Source: Candidatus Saccharimonadota bacterium (GTDB taxonomy: Bacteria; Patescibacteriota; Saccharimonadia; Saccharimonadales; JAXHNE01). From it: a DNA stretch of 64,000 bases. The notes under the pieces are model-generated. The model saw only the letters and a program-made list of their open reading frames with translations, ran no database searches and was not told the DNA's origin. Positions 41,280 through 51,554 of the stretch are shown one piece after another; the first letter of the stretch is position 1; every line of letters starts with the position of its first letter. The stretch lies in the NCBI GenBank assembly GCA_034520885.1, contig JAXHNE010000004.1, forward strand, positions 9,983-73,982, written 5' to 3'. The position numbers were made by a program, and so were the translations under genes.

Positions 41280-41458
41280 AATTGTTTGTGTGACTTGTTC
41301 CGTTAGAGTTAGGATTACTTGTAATCCGTTAGCTCTTTTCGGGATTGACTAGTTATTGGTGCTTTATCAGCACTGCCTGTCTACCGAAAGGTAGGTTTGC
41401 CTTAACAGTTCATCTTTATCCGTGCACTTTTAGTGGACATCGACTAGCGCTAGTCAGC

Positions 41459-41540
41459 GCGAGTTAAAAAGTTCATAAAGTTATAAAGTAAAAAGTACGT
41501 TTAAGACTTTTCGACTTTCGACTTTATGCTTTGGACTCGA
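41459..41540 (+). repeat. heptamer-repeat hairpin before 5S
   Basis: cgagtt-aaaaagttcataaagtt... / (ACTTTCG)n-gactcg, similar to the arm at 39029. Confidence 0.75.
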
Positions 41541-41552
41541 CGACTACCGTCG

Positions 41553-41664
41553 TCGGTGCCCACAGCGCAAGGGAGACACCTGTTCCCATACCGAACACAG
41601 AAGTTAAGCCTTGCTGCGGTTACAATACTTGGGGTTCACCCCTGGGAAAATAGCACGGTGCCGA
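41553..41664 (+). rRNA. rrf: 5S rRNA
   Basis: CACCTGTTCCCATACCGAACACAGAAGTTAAG core with terminal stem tcggtg/tgccga. Confidence 0.93.
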
Positions 41665-41671
41665 ATTATAT

Positions 41672-41705
41672 AAAAGCCATCCGAAAGGGTGGCTTTTATC
41701 TTTTT
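41672..41705 (+). terminator. rrn terminator
   Basis: aaaagccatcc-gaaa-gggtggctttt. Confidence 0.8.
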
Positions 41706-41876
41706 AGAGCCGTGCTATTTTCCCGGAGAACCCCAGTATTAACTCAAGAATTATAATTGACATAAACGCAATGTAGTGCTATCATAAGCACATTCGAAGG
41801 AATAGAGGGTTTCGCTCACAAAGGGCGGAGCCCTTTTATTTTTATCGAGAGACAATATTAATAGGAGGCCTCACAA

Positions 41877-42074
41877 ATGGCAGGAACTAAAAACGGCGGG
41901 CGCGCAGCCGCTACAACCAATAAAACTAAGTACGGCGCTGATTTTTACGCAAAAATTGGTGCCAAGGGCGGTAAGCTCGGAAAGACGGGCGGTTTTTACG
42001 CGAATCGCGATCTGGCCCGTAAGGCCGGCGCCAAAGGCGGACGTATTTCACGCCGCACCAAGAAGACCGCTTAA
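41877..42074 (+). CDS. KGG-repeat stress-induced-like small protein
   Basis: FYAKIGAKGGK and ARKAGAKGGR. AGGAGG RBS and a TTGACA-17-TATCAT promoter near 41757. Confidence 0.85.
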   Translation: MAGTKNGGRAAATTNKTKYGADFYAKIGAKGGKLGKTGGFYANRDLARKAGAKGGRISRRTKKTA

Positions 42075-42088
42075 GCGATTCACCTCGC

Positions 42089-42130
42089 GTAGGCAACAAA
42101 AGTCCCCGGCAAAGCCGGGGACTTGTCTTG
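42089..42130. terminator. terminator between convergent genes
   Basis: aagtccccggc-aaa-gccggggactt. Confidence 0.7.
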
Positions 42131-42248
42131 TTCTTGGCATACTGTGGAGAGTTTGTCTCGTTGTGGTGTGTCCTCGCCGTACGTAGATACGGTTCGCTCT
42201 TTCCCGCTCAAATCAATAAAAATTACCGGGCAATTTAGCCTTTCGGGT

Positions 42249-42713
42249 TTATTTTGTGGTGGCGACTTGGCGATAGGGGCGGCAGAGTCGGGAAGTGGAT
42301 ACTTTCCACGTTTGGCGGCAGTTCGGGCAACGGTAAAGCCGATCACTTTTTGCTTGAATACCGTTATTGAGACAATCCGGACAAGTGCTGCGGGAGTGCA
42401 GCCAATCGCGGTAGGTATCCAGGCATTTTTCAATGTGTTCTTCGGGGATGTTTACCGCATAACGCTTTCCGAGTTCCTGGGCTTTACGCCAAGCGGTTAC
42501 TTCTATGCGAAGCAGTTCGAAATCCGTCGTGAAGGTGGTGTGTTCCAGTAGGGCATGAGCCAGTTCGTGCAAAAGAGTGATTCGTTGTTTGTCGTTTTCG
42601 CTGTCAAAGCAGTAGGTCACCGTCGCGCTGCCCGGCGACCAATAAAAATGTTCGCCCTCCACGAAGGTAATGTGCGGGTAGTGAGTACGCAATTTAGTGA
42701 GTAGCTTTTTCAT
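42249..42713 (-). CDS. HEXXH (ImmA/IrrE-like) protein with C-terminal Zn ribbon
   Basis: LLHELAH, E..AW and CPDC/CPNC. Confidence 0.75.
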   Translation of the reverse strand: MKKLLTKLRTHYPHITFVEGEHFYWSPGSATVTYCFDSENDKQRITLLHELAHALLEHTTFTTDFELLRIEVTAWRKAQELGKRYAVNIPEEHIEKCLDTYRDWLHSRSTCPDCLNNGIQAKSDRLYRCPNCRQTWKVSTSRLCRPYRQVATTK

Positions 42714-43556
42714 TTTAATCTAGTTTTAAAGTGCTTTTCCGGGCTGTCTTGATCCTTCGCCAGTTCATAACAGCCGTAGACTACGGCTTCTTCGGGACGG
42801 GTGGCTTGTATGATTTTCGGTAGTGTGAGCAGTGGGTTTTCATAAATTTTAAGCTCTTCCATAAGGCGATCTTGGTATTTATCAAAGTGCGCCCCGACGC
42901 CACCGCCAAAAATAATAACTTCCGGCGTAAGGGTAGCAATGACATCGATCAGCCCAATAGCGATGCCAGCGGGCAATGGTGTACCATTTACCACTGTCTT
43001 TGGGGTCGATTTCGCTGGCTAGCTTGTCGTATTTTTTCACGATTGCGCCACCGGAGGCGAAGTCTTCCCAGCGCTGGAGCTTGCCGTCGTGTTCAAAGAG
43101 CATGTGCCCGATTTCACTATCTTGCGTGGTTTTTTCTATATGGCCATTTTGAATGATGGCGCCACCAATACCCGTGCTGATAGTAACGTACATGACCCGT
43201 TTGTATTTATCGGAAACGTGCTTTGCTTCGTACAGCCCCGCTACATTACAATCGTTTTCTATAAGTACTTCGCACCCGACGATGTTTTTTACGTCGGCAC
43301 CGATGGGGACGTTCGTCCAGGTAAGGCTGCCGAAAGCTACGCCCACCCCTTGTTTGCGGTCAACTTTTCCGGCGATGGCTACCGCGCAGCGAGTAAATTT
43401 TTTTGTTGATAATTTTTCAACGTTAATGGCCAATTTGTCACGGAAGTCGTCGTATAGAACGGGGGTTTTGAACTTTACGGACCGTTTAAGCTTACCGTCG
43501 CTCGTGAAACTGGCAAGCAGCGTTTTCGTCCCTCCGATATCAATGGCCAGATACAT
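42710..43556 (-). pseudogene. ROK family sugar kinase, frameshifted near 42968
   Basis: IDIGGTK, ENDCN, STGIGG and EIGH lie in one frame. The C-terminal GIAIGL..PEVIIFGGGV lies in another. Confidence 0.8.
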
Positions 43557-43687
43557 GTGTTCAGTCTAGCATAGAGCACCCCGAAAACTACCTTTGACCT
43601 TTAGGGGTAAAACGGATATAATTAGAGTAAATCTGATCGGAGTTACGGCTTACGGGCCGCCGCAGTAACGAAGGAGGCATGTATAAC

Positions 43688-44752
43688 ATGTCAAAGAATA
43701 ATGCAGTGACCATGGACGAGCTGCTCGAGTCCAACGAGGTTACACAATTCAAAGCGGGCGATGTGGTCGAAGGGACGGTCATGTCGGTCAAAAAACACGA
43801 AGTGTGGGTTGACTTGGGCGCCAATGGCGTTGGAGTCGTGCTACGCCGGGAAGTCGGCCGTGGCAAAAAACTGGAGGAAGGGCAACAAGTGTCCGCCAGT
43901 GTTATTGACCCGGAGATAGAGGACGGGTACGCGCTGTTAAGCATGCGCCGGGCCGCCAAGGATCGTGGATGGGACGAATTGCAAAAGCTATTTGAAGCCG
44001 AGGAAATCGTGACGGTAAACCCTTATGACGCTAACCGCGGCGGGTTATTGGTGGAACTGGAAGGCATACGCGGCTTTTTGCCGGTGTCACAGCTGGCCGC
44101 CGGGCATTACCCCCGCGTTTCGGGCGCTGACAAAGACGAAATACTCCAAAAGCTGAATAAGCTACTGGATAAAGATATTCGCGTGCGCATTTTGGATATA
44201 AGCCGCAAGGAAAACAAACTGATCTTTTCCGAAAAAGAGGCCATCAAGGACGATATGCAAGAACGGTTCGCCAAGATGAACGTCGGTGACACCGTAAAAG
44301 GCGTAATTACCGGAGTGATTGACTTTGGCGCGTTCGTGAATGTCGACGGCGTTGAAGGCTTGATCCATATTTCGGAAATTTCCTGGGATCGCGTTGAAGA
44401 CCCCAAGGATTACGTAAAGGTGGACGATACGGTAGAGGCCAAGATTATCTCCATTGATAAAGACCGTTTGTCGCTGAGCCTGAAGCAAATGCAGGAAGAC
44501 CCATGGCTGAACGAGGTGAAATCCTTTAAGAAGGGTGACAGCGTAGAAGGTAAAATTACCCGCATTACGCCATTCGGCGCGTTCGTGCAGCTAAGTCCAT
44601 CAGTGGAGGCCTTGGTGCATGTCAGTGAAATGGGCGAAGGTGAAGGCGTTGATCCGGAAAAGATTTTCCAGCTGAACGAAAAGAAGAAGTTCAAGGTGAT
44701 CGATGTTGACACTGAAGCTCGTAAAATTGCTTTGAGCCTCAAAGACGCGTAA
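43688..44752 (+). CDS. rpsA: 30S ribosomal protein S1 (4 S1 domains)
   Basis: Repeated FGAFV..EGLIHISEI S1 motifs. AAGGAGG upstream. Confidence 0.93.
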   Translation: MSKNNAVTMDELLESNEVTQFKAGDVVEGTVMSVKKHEVWVDLGANGVGVVLRREVGRGKKLEEGQQVSASVIDPEIEDGYALLSMRRAAKDRGWDELQKLFEAEEIVTVNPYDANRGGLLVELEGIRGFLPVSQLAAGHYPRVSGADKDEILQKLNKLLDKDIRVRILDISRKENKLIFSEKEAIKDDMQERFAKMNVGDTVKGVITGVIDFGAFVNVDGVEGLIHISEISWDRVEDPKDYVKVDDTVEAKIISIDKDRLSLSLKQMQEDPWLNEVKSFKKGDSVEGKITRITPFGAFVQLSPSVEALVHVSEMGEGEGVDPEKIFQLNEKKKFKVIDVDTEARKIALSLKDA

Positions 44753-44787
44753 GTGATGTAGATAACGAAGCCAGAAAGGAGACGAAT

Positions 44788-46548
44788 ATGGCACGAACAA
44801 TTCAAATTCAGGACCATATTACCGTCGGTGATCTGGCTGAAGAGTTGATGATGCCCACGACCGAGCTGATTGCCGAGCTCATGAAAAACGGCGTCATGGC
44901 CACGGTGAACGAACAGTTGGACTATGACACCGTGGAAATCATGCTGGAAGAAATGGGCATGGACGTGGAGTTGCAGCGGAAAAGTTCCGAAGAAGAGGAA
45001 GCTCCCGCCCGCAAAAAGAAGACATATAGCGATAAGGCCCAAGAACGGCCGCCGGTTATCGCGGTAATGGGGCACGTGGATCACGGCAAAACGTCACTCC
45101 TGGATGCCATTCGTGAAGCTGATGTGGCCACCGGTGAATCGGGCGGAATCACGCAACACATTTCCGCCTATCAAATTACGCACGATGACCGCCGGGTGAC
45201 ATTTTTGGATACGCCGGGGCATGAAGCCTTCGCCGCCCTGCGTGAGCACGGAGCACAACTGACCGATCTGGCGATATTGGTGGTCGCGGCCGACGACGGT
45301 ATTAAGCCGCAAACGCTGGAAGCCATTCGTTTTGCCCAAAAAGCAGGGGTCAAGATGATCGTGGCCATGAACAAAGTCGACAAACCGGACGCCGACTTAA
45401 ACAAATTGAAACAACAACTGGCCGATAACAACCTGCTCATCGAAGAGTGGGGAGGCGATACCGTTGCCTTGCCGGTGTCCGCTAAGACCAAGGAGGGCAT
45501 AAAAGAACTTTTGGATATGGTGCTGTTGACCGCTGATGTCGAAGAATTAAAGGCCGATACGGATATACCGGCCGAGGGCTTGGTGATTGAATCGCACATG
45601 GAAAAGGGTCGCGGCCCGATTGCTATCGCGCTCGTGGAAGGCGGCCAACTAAAACCCGGTGATTTTATTGTGGCCGGTGCTACCTATGCGCGAGTCCGGA
45701 ACCTGGAAGATACGCTCGGAAACCCCATAAAAACGGCCGGTCCGTCCACGCCGGTAATCATTTCCGGTTTTAAAGATTTACCGGCTTTCGGTAACGAATT
45801 CAAGGCGGTAAAGAATGAAAAGACCGCTCGCCTGGAAGTTCAGCAGGCCAAAGCTCAGAAAGCGACGGCCGCTTCCCAAGTTGGCAGTAGTGCGGATTTG
45901 ATTAATATAATGAATCGTTCTCGGGATTTGCAGCAGTTGAACGTAATCGTGAAGGCCGACGTGCAAGGGTCGCTTACCTCTGTCATTGATAGCCTTAAGT
46001 CGCTAGACACCAAAGAAGTGGCGGTTCGCGTTATTAGCTCCGGTATCGGGGCGATCAACGAAAATGATGCGTATTTGGCGCTTACCAGTAATGCGATTAT
46101 TTACGGGTTCAATGTAGAACTGCCGGCCGGTATTCGCCATAGCATAAATCGTGATAAAACCTCGGTTCGTTTATACCAAGTTATCTATGAATTAATTGAT
46201 GACGTGAAAGATGAAATGAGTAAACTCTTGGCACCGGAAGTCAAAGAAACCGACACCGGTAAACTAAAAGTACTCGCGGTGTTTAAAACCACCAAAACGG
46301 AAGTGATATGCGGCGGTGAAGTAACGAAAGGGCGCCTTGTCGCGCCGGCCTATGCCCGAATCTTCCGGGACAAAGAGCAAATTGCCGAAGCGGAAGTGAC
46401 TAACCTTAAGCGGGGCCCGCAGGACACCAAAGAGGTGCAAGAAGGCGAACAGTGCGGTGTTAACTTGGCAACCACTAACAAGCTACAGATAGAAGAAGGC
46501 GATAGACTGGAAGTCTTTACCAGAGAAGTTATTGAAAGATCACTGTAG
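44788..46548 (+). CDS. infB: translation initiation factor IF-2
   Basis: GHVDHGKT, GGITQHI, DTPGHEAF, NKVD and KADVQGS motifs. Confidence 0.98.
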   Translation: MARTIQIQDHITVGDLAEELMMPTTELIAELMKNGVMATVNEQLDYDTVEIMLEEMGMDVELQRKSSEEEEAPARKKKTYSDKAQERPPVIAVMGHVDHGKTSLLDAIREADVATGESGGITQHISAYQITHDDRRVTFLDTPGHEAFAALREHGAQLTDLAILVVAADDGIKPQTLEAIRFAQKAGVKMIVAMNKVDKPDADLNKLKQQLADNNLLIEEWGGDTVALPVSAKTKEGIKELLDMVLLTADVEELKADTDIPAEGLVIESHMEKGRGPIAIALVEGGQLKPGDFIVAGATYARVRNLEDTLGNPIKTAGPSTPVIISGFKDLPAFGNEFKAVKNEKTARLEVQQAKAQKATAASQVGSSADLINIMNRSRDLQQLNVIVKADVQGSLTSVIDSLKSLDTKEVAVRVISSGIGAINENDAYLALTSNAIIYGFNVELPAGIRHSINRDKTSVRLYQVIYELIDDVKDEMSKLLAPEVKETDTGKLKVLAVFKTTKTEVICGGEVTKGRLVAPAYARIFRDKEQIAEAEVTNLKRGPQDTKEVQEGEQCGVNLATTNKLQIEEGDRLEVFTREVIERSL

Positions 46549-46568
46549 ATATTGTATAAATATATACT

Positions 46569-48047
46569 ATGAATGAGGAGCGATTCTCGCCACGCTACGG
46601 CGAAGAATCACATGACGATACACAGCCGGGACGCAGCCGTTTTGAATCGGTAGTGGATTTCTTGCGTCGTTCGCGCGAAAAGGATGACGAAAATGAAGAT
46701 GATGACGCCGAAAAAGGTACTCGCCGTAAAAAAGGAAAAAGCTCGCGCTGGCGTCGTTTTTTGGGCCGAATGTTCGGTGGTGGCGAACAAGAAGCGGACG
46801 GGCGGTCAGCCGATCCCGAACGGTCGGCCCGCGCACCGCTCATTTCCTTGGAGCCGCTGCAAGCCAAACGGCAAGATAAAGCACCCGAAGAACCAACGCC
46901 ACAAGAAGCCCAAGAAACTTCACGAAGTGAGTCCGAACCGGCGTTAGCAGAAGAGTCATCAAGGCCAAACCCGAGCGAAGAAAACCCGGAAGATAATGAG
47001 CTGAATTCAGAGCGGGATACTCCCGGTATCTCTGAGGCCGAAGCAAAGCGATCTCGGGGGGTCAACCCGGATAACGAAACCCCGGAAGAGCCCGAAACTC
47101 AATCGCCAAATACGACACTCATTGAGCGAAATGAAAGCCAAACCGAAAAAGACAATGAGCAAGACCGTGGTAGAACCGGAAACGCTACCGGAGCTTTATT
47201 GGCGCTGGATTACTTGAATTATCGGGGGCGTAAGAAGTTAGAGCGCAAGCTGGAGAGCGAACAACGTGAACAAAATAAACAATTACGGGATTCCAAGGAG
47301 CAATTACAACACCAAAAGGAGCAGCTAGGCGCGCAACGGACGGAGTTAGCCGCTGCGCGCCAAAGAAAAAATGCCGAACAAAAACCCTTAGAAGCCCCGC
47401 GAGAACCGGAGCGACCCCCGGCTGCACCAGAGGTGGACGAGAAAACTCCCGCGGCGGAGCGCACTCCACAAAGCCCTGAGGAGCCCGAAGTCGAGGTAGT
47501 TTTTGAGCATCAGGAACTTCTTGAAACTGATAAGAACCAAAAGGAAGCGGCTCACGAGCGTGTACGGGCCGAAAATCAGGAATTGATAGAACTACGCAAA
47601 CTGCAGGAAAAAGAGCGTGACATTGCTCGTCAGCAAGCTCAGGAGCGTGAAAGGCTGGAGCTGGAGCGTCTGAAGTCGCAAGAAACCGAAAAAATTAACG
47701 AAGAGTTGCTACGCAGCGAAAGTACTTTCGTTGAGAAAGAGCACGAGCGGCACAACGAAATAAAAGATCAAAGCCAGCGGCTGGCACCCCCTACTTCGGT
47801 GGCCAGTGTCCTTCAAAAGCGCCAACCGCCAGAGTTCGGTGGAGACGATTCACTCGGAGAAACATCAAACGTACCGTTTACTAATGCAAACGCCGCCTCG
47901 GCTACCGATGTAAAAACAAAACCCCCGGATACTAAGAGTGCCGGAAGCGCTTCCGCTACTAACTTATATAAAACTGCCATAACCAGCGGGTTTATTACCG
48001 CAATAGTATTACTAGCGGCTTTTATCACCGCCGCGCTTCTGTTTTAA
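46569..48047 (+). CDS. hypothetical charged, disordered/coiled-coil protein with C-terminal TM anchor
   Basis: E/R/P-rich sequence with a hydrophobic extreme C-terminus. Confidence 0.75.
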   Translation: MNEERFSPRYGEESHDDTQPGRSRFESVVDFLRRSREKDDENEDDDAEKGTRRKKGKSSRWRRFLGRMFGGGEQEADGRSADPERSARAPLISLEPLQAKRQDKAPEEPTPQEAQETSRSESEPALAEESSRPNPSEENPEDNELNSERDTPGISEAEAKRSRGVNPDNETPEEPETQSPNTTLIERNESQTEKDNEQDRGRTGNATGALLALDYLNYRGRKKLERKLESEQREQNKQLRDSKEQLQHQKEQLGAQRTELAAARQRKNAEQKPLEAPREPERPPAAPEVDEKTPAAERTPQSPEEPEVEVVFEHQELLETDKNQKEAAHERVRAENQELIELRKLQEKERDIARQQAQERERLELERLKSQETEKINEELLRSESTFVEKEHERHNEIKDQSQRLAPPTSVASVLQKRQPPEFGGDDSLGETSNVPFTNANAASATDVKTKPPDTKSAGSASATNLYKTAITSGFITAIVLLAAFITAALLF

Positions 48048-48176
48048 TCGCGGATTCATGGCTAAGTAGTTGTAAATATGCATAAGTATGTATAAATACT
48101 TGACTTTATTGTGTGTTTATGCTTAAATGTAATCGTCAAACAAAAACATAAACAATTTCATTTTTAAGGAATATAT

Positions 48177-49658
48177 ATGAGTGAAAAAGCCCCACAACTA
48201 CAGTATCCAGAGCAACTCACGTTTGATGATTTGCAACCTGAAAATGCAACAGATCAAATTGAGTTTTTTCATACGCTTGAAAACCCGGAAGACTTAGAGC
48301 AGCTACGTTCTGATTTTGCTGAAAGTGGCAATGATGAAGAAAAATTTGCCAAACAGTCTTCTGCGCTAGCACGGCATAATTTTGCTGATTTTATGAATGT
48401 GGAGGCTAATAAAGAAAACACCACGTCAAAGCAAATTAATGAAGCCCTTGGTAAAGACGCTGTAGATAATATACGAGACTTTTATCAGGACTTTGTGACG
48501 ATGCCCGATGATGAATTTAGAACCCGAATGATGGAGCTTCGTGAGGCTCGAACTGATAGTTTACGGGAAAAAGTGGAAAACGGTGAAGAAATCACGTATG
48601 TTCCTTGGGTTCACGGTGACTATAGTCAGTATTTAAAGCGGACCAATTTTGAGAACAAAAAACTAGTTAACGAGGCCATTTCCGCACCAGAAAAAAACGG
48701 CTCAAAAGTCATTGATTCAATAAAAGAGGAGCAAAATACTCCAAAAGTCGTAAAGCCAAATAGTGTCGTTGAGGTAGATGAGTTCAAAAATGCGGTGATT
48801 GAGCAAGACCCGAGCGCGCTTGAGGGGTTGGGCACTGTCATTGATGAGGATGCAAAAGAGAGCTACAAAAGCGTCGGTCAGGTTGGAAAACAAAAGCAAG
48901 AAATTTTAGACCATGATGAAGCAGCGCTTGCGGGCGTAGACACACTTATTGACAAGAAAGCGGAAGCTGGTGCTCTTCCGGAAGTGAAAGAACAAGAAAA
49001 ACGGCCAAAACTTTGGGAAAGAATGCGGAACAAGGCCAAGCAAGTATACGCGAAAGCTGGAGCAAAGTTTACGGAGCTCACGACATGGGCTACTGAATAC
49101 TTCGGTGATGACGAAAGAGGTAAAAGACGTACGGTGGCTACAGCGGTACTTGGCGTTGCAGCAGTGGGGCTTTTTTCGTATGCGATCAGTAAAATTGGTG
49201 AGGATGGGGGTATGACGGATACAGCAAAGGATATCATCAATGGTGGCGGAACAGGTTCTGGTGGTAGCGGAGAATCAGCTAGTGTCGGTGAAGCTGCAGC
49301 TGCAGCAACAGGAAGTTTAGCAGCCACGGCAGCTGAAGGCGTTGGCGAGGCAGACACGTCAAGCATACTAGAGCAATTTAATGTAACTGTACCGGAATTG
49401 ATCAACGCATTTAGTGAGCAAGTTCAGAGCGGAGAGGGTATTTCACATCTTTCAGAAAGGATTGGAATTAGTTTTGGCAATAATCTCGAGCAGTGGAACG
49501 CGTACAACCAGGGCGTAAGTGAGATATTGCAAGGCCTGGAAGGAACGTATAAGGGCCCCGACGGTTTGTTATATGTATCTGAAGGTGCTCAAGTACAACC
49601 TAGCCCTGAACAAATTCAACAGCTGCTTGAGTTAGCTGAAGAAGTAAAAAGTACGTAA
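48177..49658 (+). CDS. hypothetical acidic single-pass membrane protein
   Basis: One TM around aa 320-338, a Gly/Ala linker and a weakly LysM-like VQSGEGISHLSERIG. Confidence 0.7.
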   Translation: MSEKAPQLQYPEQLTFDDLQPENATDQIEFFHTLENPEDLEQLRSDFAESGNDEEKFAKQSSALARHNFADFMNVEANKENTTSKQINEALGKDAVDNIRDFYQDFVTMPDDEFRTRMMELREARTDSLREKVENGEEITYVPWVHGDYSQYLKRTNFENKKLVNEAISAPEKNGSKVIDSIKEEQNTPKVVKPNSVVEVDEFKNAVIEQDPSALEGLGTVIDEDAKESYKSVGQVGKQKQEILDHDEAALAGVDTLIDKKAEAGALPEVKEQEKRPKLWERMRNKAKQVYAKAGAKFTELTTWATEYFGDDERGKRRTVATAVLGVAAVGLFSYAISKIGEDGGMTDTAKDIINGGGTGSGGSGESASVGEAAAAATGSLAATAAEGVGEADTSSILEQFNVTVPELINAFSEQVQSGEGISHLSERIGISFGNNLEQWNAYNQGVSEILQGLEGTYKGPDGLLYVSEGAQVQPSPEQIQQLLELAEEVKST

Positions 49659-49693
49659 GAGTCTGATACAATAAACACAAACAGGAGAAGCTG

Positions 49694-50041
49694 ATGTTTA
49701 AATTAGATAACAATTTGTTGGTAGAACTGGGGCTCGGGGATTTGCCGGCCGAGGAAAAAAATAAAATGCTTGGCCATATCTACGAAACGCTGGAAATGCG
49801 CGTGGGTATGAAATTGGCCGAACAAATGAGCAATGATCAGTTGGATGAGTTCGAATCGTTCATCAACCAAAATGATGAATCAGGGGCGCTGAAGTGGTTG
49901 GAAACTAATTTTCCGGACTACAAGAAAGTGGTAGCTGAGGAGTTGGAAAAGCTTAAAGGCGAGATAAAGCAAAACGCGGCGGCAATCGTAGAAGCCAGCA
50001 AAGGTGATAACCAGCAACCAGAAGCACCGTCGCAGCAATAA
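49694..50041 (+). CDS. DUF5663-like protein
   Basis: ELGLGDLP.EEK..ML....ETLE.RVG, a CPR-typical helical family as I recall it. Confidence 0.7.
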   Translation: MFKLDNNLLVELGLGDLPAEEKNKMLGHIYETLEMRVGMKLAEQMSNDQLDEFESFINQNDESGALKWLETNFPDYKKVVAEELEKLKGEIKQNAAAIVEASKGDNQQPEAPSQQ

Positions 50042-50042
50042 A

Positions 50043-50966
50043 TTATTTGTTCAGTAAGTCACGATGGCCGGCGAGGAATGCCTCGGCGGTCATTTCTTTT
50101 TTGCCGGCGGGTGTAAGTTTTAGTAACTGTAGTGAATTTTGCCCGCAACAGAGGTGCAACTCGTTTTTATTTAACACAACAGTACCCGGTTTTCCGGAAA
50201 AACTGGAAACTTTTGCAGACGTAATTACAACATCTTTGCCGGCTAATTTCGTATAACTTTTTGGCCACTCATGGAAAGCGCGTATCTCTCGTTCCAACAC
50301 CTCCGCGGGTTTGTTCCAGTCAATTAAGCCGTCCTCCTTGGTGAGCTTTCGTGAATACGTGACTCGTTCCGGATGAGGTTGGTTTCTGGGGGTTAATTGC
50401 CGGGAGAGGTGTTTCGGGAGGTAACTTTTTAGCAGATTGTCGCTTAAGTTGATCAGTTTGTCGGTGAGTGAACCCGTTGTGTCGCTGGAACTAATTAGTT
50501 GGCTTTTTTGTACCAGTATTTTGCCGGTGTCCATACCTTCGTCGATTAGCATCAAAGTAACACCGGTAGATTTTTGCCCGCTTAAAATGGCGAAACTGAT
50601 TGGATCGGCACCTCTCCACTGGGGTAAACGCGAAAAATGACTGTTAATAATCCCCAGAGGAAAATAGTCGATGACGTCCCGGGAAACGATAATACCGAAA
50701 TCTATTAACACGCCCACTGGAGATGAAAGCCCACTGTTTTTTAATTTTTGGGAAAGCTCCGCTTTTGAACTGACCTCAGTAATCGGTAACTCGTGCCCTT
50801 GGGCTACATCCAAAACCGGAAAATTCCCGCGGTGACCCGGGGGTTTCGGTTTCGTGATTACCGTTTCGACATCACAATGTTTTAACAGTAACTCCAGGGA
50901 CTTTGCCGCCACCGGGCCGGTCCCAAAAAAAACGACCGGAGTTTTGGCTTTATCCCCAGAGACCAT
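50043..50966 (-). CDS. fmt: methionyl-tRNA formyltransferase
   Basis: VVFFGT, NSHFSRLPQWRGADPI and MDTG motifs. Confidence 0.95.
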   Translation of the reverse strand: MVSGDKAKTPVVFFGTGPVAAKSLELLLKHCDVETVITKPKPPGHRGNFPVLDVAQGHELPITEVSSKAELSQKLKNSGLSSPVGVLIDFGIIVSRDVIDYFPLGIINSHFSRLPQWRGADPISFAILSGQKSTGVTLMLIDEGMDTGKILVQKSQLISSSDTTGSLTDKLINLSDNLLKSYLPKHLSRQLTPRNQPHPERVTYSRKLTKEDGLIDWNKPAEVLEREIRAFHEWPKSYTKLAGKDVVITSAKVSSFSGKPGTVVLNKNELHLCCGQNSLQLLKLTPAGKKEMTAEAFLAGHRDLLNK

Positions 50967-51525
50967 CGTTGCCTTTGACCTGTTTTTCGTAATCCAGCTT
51001 TTCTAATTGGCCGTCTTCCATAAGTTTGAAGAACCCGTCGGGTTTGTCTTTGATGTGGTCAATGAACACTTTTCCGTTGATGTGGTCAATTTCGTGCTGG
51101 AATATTCTTGCCAGGAAACCTTCCGCGGTGACGCGAATCTCCTGGCCGTTCTCGTTCAAGGCTTTGACCTTTACTTTCTGATAACGGGGAACTTTCCCGT
51201 ATATATCTTTTACGCTCAGGCAGCCTTCGAAATCATCAATGAGTTCGCCTTCGAACTTGGCAATCTCCGGGTTAATGAATACCGAAAAGCTTCGGTCTTG
51301 CTTGTCGTCAAAGTTGTTGCGCACGATCACGATACGATATGGCCGATCAACCTGAATGGCCGCCAGCGCGACTCCTACTTCATGATCGCGGCTGTCTTCC
51401 CAATCCAAGGTGGCGGCTTTCATGTCTTCGATGAGACGCTTTATTTCTTCGGACAGAACGCCTACCCGTTTGGAGCGTTGCCGCAAGTGCTCGTGAGGGA
51501 GCGTAATAATGTCATCTTTCTTCAT
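50950..51525 (-). CDS. def: peptide deformylase
   Basis: GVALAAIQ, EGCLS and QHEIDH motifs. Confidence 0.96.
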   Translation of the reverse strand: MKKDDIITLPHEHLRQRSKRVGVLSEEIKRLIEDMKAATLDWEDSRDHEVGVALAAIQVDRPYRIVIVRNNFDDKQDRSFSVFINPEIAKFEGELIDDFEGCLSVKDIYGKVPRYQKVKVKALNENGQEIRVTAEGFLARIFQHEIDHINGKVFIDHIKDKPDGFFKLMEDGQLEKLDYEKQVKGNDGLWG

Positions 51526-51554
51526 TGGCGATAAGTATACCGTATGTTCGAGGG

